Assembly: GCA_900291995.1 (NCBI GenBank)
Contig: OLMU01004772.1
Coordinates: 1 to 35,632 of the forward strand
Direction: 5' to 3'
Origin: Licmophora abbreviata
Taxonomy: Eukaryota
Length of the DNA: 35,632 nt
Positions within the stretch are counted from its first letter, which is position 1. Every line of letters begins with the position of its first letter. The translations under genes and the position numbers were made by a program. The notes beneath the pieces were generated by a model, which saw only the letters and a program-made list of their open reading frames with translations, did not search any database and was not told where the DNA came from. This document shows positions 31,825 to 35,632 of this stretch, one piece after another.

Positions 31825-33692
31825 ATGGTGCCACCGCCCAGCAAAACACCGCCGCGACCTGCAGCAGGTCCAGTCATGAGAATACGTCCTTTGCCACTGC
31901 CCTCTCCTTCACGTCGAGGAGTCGGTTCAACTGCTGTTGTGCCTCGAAAGACTGGATCGTTTGACATGGACAATTCATCGGCAAGCTCCTCTCGCTCCCC
32001 GACAGCAACAGATGTCTCGGACGGCAGTATTTTGAAGGGAGCGGAGCTCATTCGACGTCAAATTGTCGAGCGGAATCGTTTGGCAAATCTCGACAGCGAC
32101 GAAGATCGACTCGTGGTGTATGAAGAGAGCGAGATAACAGAAGGCGATGAAATCCTTCGATTGATTCAGCAGCAGGAGCAATTGGAAGCATATGTCGAGG
32201 AACAGCAAGAAGAGCGTCTCAGTCGAAGTTCGATTGAGCGAATGGAAGATGATCGGCTCGACGGTCTGATTCGGCGCGTGTCTTCTGTGAAAGAGGATGC
32301 CAAGCATGTTCTTGGATTTGAAACTGTTAAACAACCACCCAAAGCCGTTTCAGATGACGACTGGAGCGACCCCTTTCGCTCGCGGAGTCCGTTGACTGCT
32401 GCTGATCAGACTCTGGTCGCTCCCAGCGAGTTCTCTAGATGGTCGTCCGATGGCGATGCTACCGTGTCGCGCCCCAGCGATGAGAGCTCTAACGGACAGG
32501 ACAAGCCAGCGAGACGGCGATTTAGTGAACCGAATGGTGAAATCTTGTCGACTCCTCGTGCCGTTTATTCTGAATATGCACCCGAAGAAGAAGTAGAATC
32601 CTTGGACGTAGCCCTAGCGGTTGTACCTCCGCCTGTACCTCCGCCTGCAGACGACACGCCGGTAACTCTCATGGGACGCGGAAAGAGCTTACGACTCAAG
32701 ATTCACACGTATCATGTTCAGCGTACTGATGAAATGGGAGACAGTGACTCCTATGGTGAAGAGTCGGTGGAAGACATGCCTACCGACCCAAACCCTCTAC
32801 ATGAAATACTCGATGCTGTGGACCAAGCAGAGGAAGGTCCAGGAGCGTCGTATATTCCAAAACAGTGGCAAATGGCAGGAAGCCTTTCTCTACCAGCAAC
32901 ACTATACTCCCCTACGCGTGCAACACAGTCGACGCTGTCACGGGATCCTGCCTATCAACATGCACAGCGCGCTGGTCTACTCTGGCAGACATTGGTGGGC
33001 CAGCATGTTCGCTTTCCATCGAGCTGGTGGAATGGTTCCCGGTCGCCCCCGATGGGTATGGTAGACGATGCAGCTTTGAATGGGCGGGGGTATTGTGAAT
33101 GGGATTATGTGTCACGTCATCGCCAGTATTCGAACTCACTGTTGACGAGATTGGTGCGTAACCGTGGATCCGCAGGACAGTTGTTGTTGCATATTGTCGT
33201 ACGAGATCTAGTGACATGGTTGCCGGTACAAGACATTGCGATTGGAGTCTACCATCCGAACGCAAGGGGAATTCGACAAATGGAAAAGGCTGACATGAAA
33301 GAAGAAGACTGCCGTGTTGTATGGATGGCAGTTCGAAAACGAACCGAAGAGGACTCCGTGTCAGTGGTTGATCCCTTGTTGACAAGCGAAAGGAGACTAG
33401 AAGACGTCGCGAGTGGGACACCTTTGAGGGAAAGAGGGCGTGTGACAAATGCCAATATGCGAGCTGTTTATGGAGATAAGCCGCCTTTGAGGACGGTGTT
33501 TATTTTGGAGAGCGAGCTATACGAACGTATGACCATGGCCAGGGAAGAGAAGCAAGGCAACCTACCAACACTTGTTTTACTCCGGGAGTTCTTGCCAGTA
33601 CGTACAATTGTGGGATATAACACACTTAATGTATGGTCTTTCGATTCATCTTACCTCCCTTTCTTCCTTTCTCGTTCCCACAGGATTCATAG
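31825..33692 (+). CDS. Hypothetical protein with a disordered N-terminal half and a globular Trp-rich C-terminal domain
   Basis: Long ORF 31825-33597, intron 33598-33683 (GTACGT...CACAG), and a short last exon GAT TCA TAG. The C-terminal region (HAQRAGLLWQTLVGQHVRFPSSWW...DIAIGVYHPNARGIR) looks folded. No family recognised. Confidence 0.75.
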
Positions 33693-33798
33693 AAAGGGCA
33701 GTGTTCGCTTGTTCGACAATCTAGTGCAATCGAACCTTTAGGACGCCTAACATATAACTCGTTCGCATTGTTTGCGTGGCTGTCGGTGATGTTCTACT

Positions 33799-35632
33799 AT
33801 GATGTTGAAGGCGGTGAGCCGCCGCATCGTCAGCAACAGTAGAGTAGACTGCTGCTTTCCTGCAGAGGGAGAAATAGATGAGAGTCTTCTTTCCAGTCTC
33901 CAGCTAGTGTTTCGACCCTCTCACTCACTCTCTCGTGACTGAGTCATCTGGCACGACTCACGTAGAAGTGCGTTCAGAACGGAAACGAACCCGAAGCAAA
34001 CCGGAACTGGCGAGAGATCCAGATCTCTCACAAAAAGAGAGAGCACACGAATGATGAACACCATTTCGAAGTCGAAGCCAAGTTGCAGCCCCCTGTGGAC
34101 ATTTCGGCCTGGATTGCCAATGCCATAGCCGACACGGGGTGTCGTGTCGTGTACGGTGGACATGGAGGGGCGCTCGTTCCCCTAGTCAACGCCGTATGCC
34201 GGCACCCTGATCTCACATGGGTCTGTGCCCGAAACGAACATGATGCAGCAACCATGGCAGCGGCGCATGCCAAAATGACGGGAGAGCTAGGCGTCGTGAT
34301 TGCGACCAGTGGTCCGGGAGCGTCAAATCTAACCACGGGGCTGATGGAGGCTGTGATGGATCGAGTTTCGTTGTTGGCCATTACAGGATTGAAACCCCGC
34401 GCGCAGATGGGATATGCCGAGTTCCAAGATATCAACCAGTCTCGACTGTTTGCTGCTGCGGGAGTCGAATGGTCTAAGGATGCGACATCGCGAAATGCAG
34501 TAAGTTCATTGCTCCCTGTTGTAGAAATGAGCTTGGATGAAAAAAAAACAGAACTTTTGCTTCGCTAATTGCACACGATTGAACTTTCGTTTCAACACAG
34601 GTCATTCCACTGCTGCGAGATGCTGTCGCCACTGCACTTACTTTTCACACCTGTGCCCATCTTGCCATTCCGGTTGACATTCAAGCGGCACCGTCGCCTC
34701 TTCCACTGAAACACTTCTGCGCGTCGCATGCCAATTTGCGCCTCCACACCCCGGCACTGAACCCTCAACTGCTGGATGCGACGGCCGAAACATTGGTCGG
34801 GTCCCCCGACAAGCGTCGACCACGGAACATTATTGCTGTGGGTCTAAGGGCGACATACTACTCGAAAACGCATGTCGCAAGCCATTCTAGACTTGGCAGA
34901 AGCCTTGAATGCTCCGGTCCTGACGCGCCTGCATGCCAAGGGTGTCGTGGATGAGTCGCATCCATTGTCGTTGGGGGTGATTGGGGTCCATGGAAAGCCT
35001 GGTTTGGAGTCAGCTGCTGCGGTGGTTTCGTCGTCCGACTTGGTTTTAAGCATTGGGGTGCTCGATGAAACACTCCTCGTCTGTAATCTTGCTGGACTGC
35101 AAATTCGCAAGGTCATCGACATCGATTCAGATCCCATGTCACTCAATACGAGGTTTCAAGCGGAGCATACCGTCGTTGGTAACATCGAAGAAACATGTCG
35201 GGAGTTGACGAAGAGAGTTGAAGTGCTGATGGCCAAGATGAACAAGAAGCGAGCCATCAAGGCGGCCTTGATGAGCGACGAAGAGCAAATTGAACGCGTT
35301 GGTGGGGCCTTAGACAAGTTCTCCTACATGATGCACAACAATCCAGATGTCATTGAAGTTGTCAACAACGACCATGGAAAGCGAATGTCACTTGGTCGCA
35401 TTGAGAAAGAAGGAATCAATAGCATCCTGGATGAATCCGATGCGTTATGGGACACCCTTCACAACGGAGACGTAAGTACTGCCTTGTACTCATCGTGCTT
35501 AATGTTCTCGACGTCTCGTGACTGTGACTTACGTGTGTGGTCTATTACAATTGTTTACTCCTTTTGTCAAGTGGCGCAAGCTTCTGGAAATCTCCAGATC
35601 TGTACGCTACCAGTTCCGGTGCGACCCGAACG
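33799..35632 (+). CDS. Thiamine-diphosphate-dependent enzyme (acetolactate synthase / pyruvate oxidase superfamily); apparent frameshift near 34848-34872; 3' end outside the window
   Basis: Exons ~33799-33813 (tentative), 33966-34499, 34601-35471 and 35572->end. Motifs ARNEHDAATMAAAHAKMTG (catalytic Glu), TSGPGASN, HLAIPVDIQ, and after the frame change LAEALNAPVLTRLHAKGVVDESHPLSLGVIG and SDLVLSIG. Confidence 0.82.

Noticed and set aside
1..35632. tRNA, rRNA, CRISPR arrays and transposable elements
   Set aside because: No cloverleaf, rRNA-like tract, repeat-spacer array, transposase or RT motif, or terminal repeats were recognised by eye. Small ncRNAs cannot be excluded without a covariance-model search.

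Overview
Gene-dense eukaryotic nuclear DNA with short GT-AG introns, most likely from a diatom or related photosynthetic stramenopile (inferred from a DUF6824-type 'NDVLCGRGG' protein and bipartite signal+transit presequences). About 15 protein-coding genes can be assembled by splicing the ORF track by hand. In order: DHX57-like DEAH helicase (partial), signal-TM-RING-H2 ligase, FkbM methyltransferase, small plastid-targeted Cys protein, DUF6824 protein, BAR/NPF protein, ARP4-like actin, two tandem secreted and probably GPI-anchored glucose/sorbosone-dehydrogenase+PKD paralogs, a ~1770-aa NLR-like protein (helical bundle, NB-ARC, TPR), an HSL-family alpha/beta hydrolase, an SLC35B1-like transporter with a presequence, an Mdm35/TRIAP1-like protein, a hypothetical protein, and a ThDP-dependent enzyme with an apparent frameshift (partial). 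The main points of interest are the NLR-like gene with a candidate MLKL/HeLo-like four-helix domain and altered P-loop/MHD motifs, and the GSDH-PKD pair, where one copy is intronless with the putative catalytic His and the other has three introns and His->Arg. All family assignments come from motif recognition; no searches were run. No rRNA, tRNA, CRISPR array or transposon was recognised.
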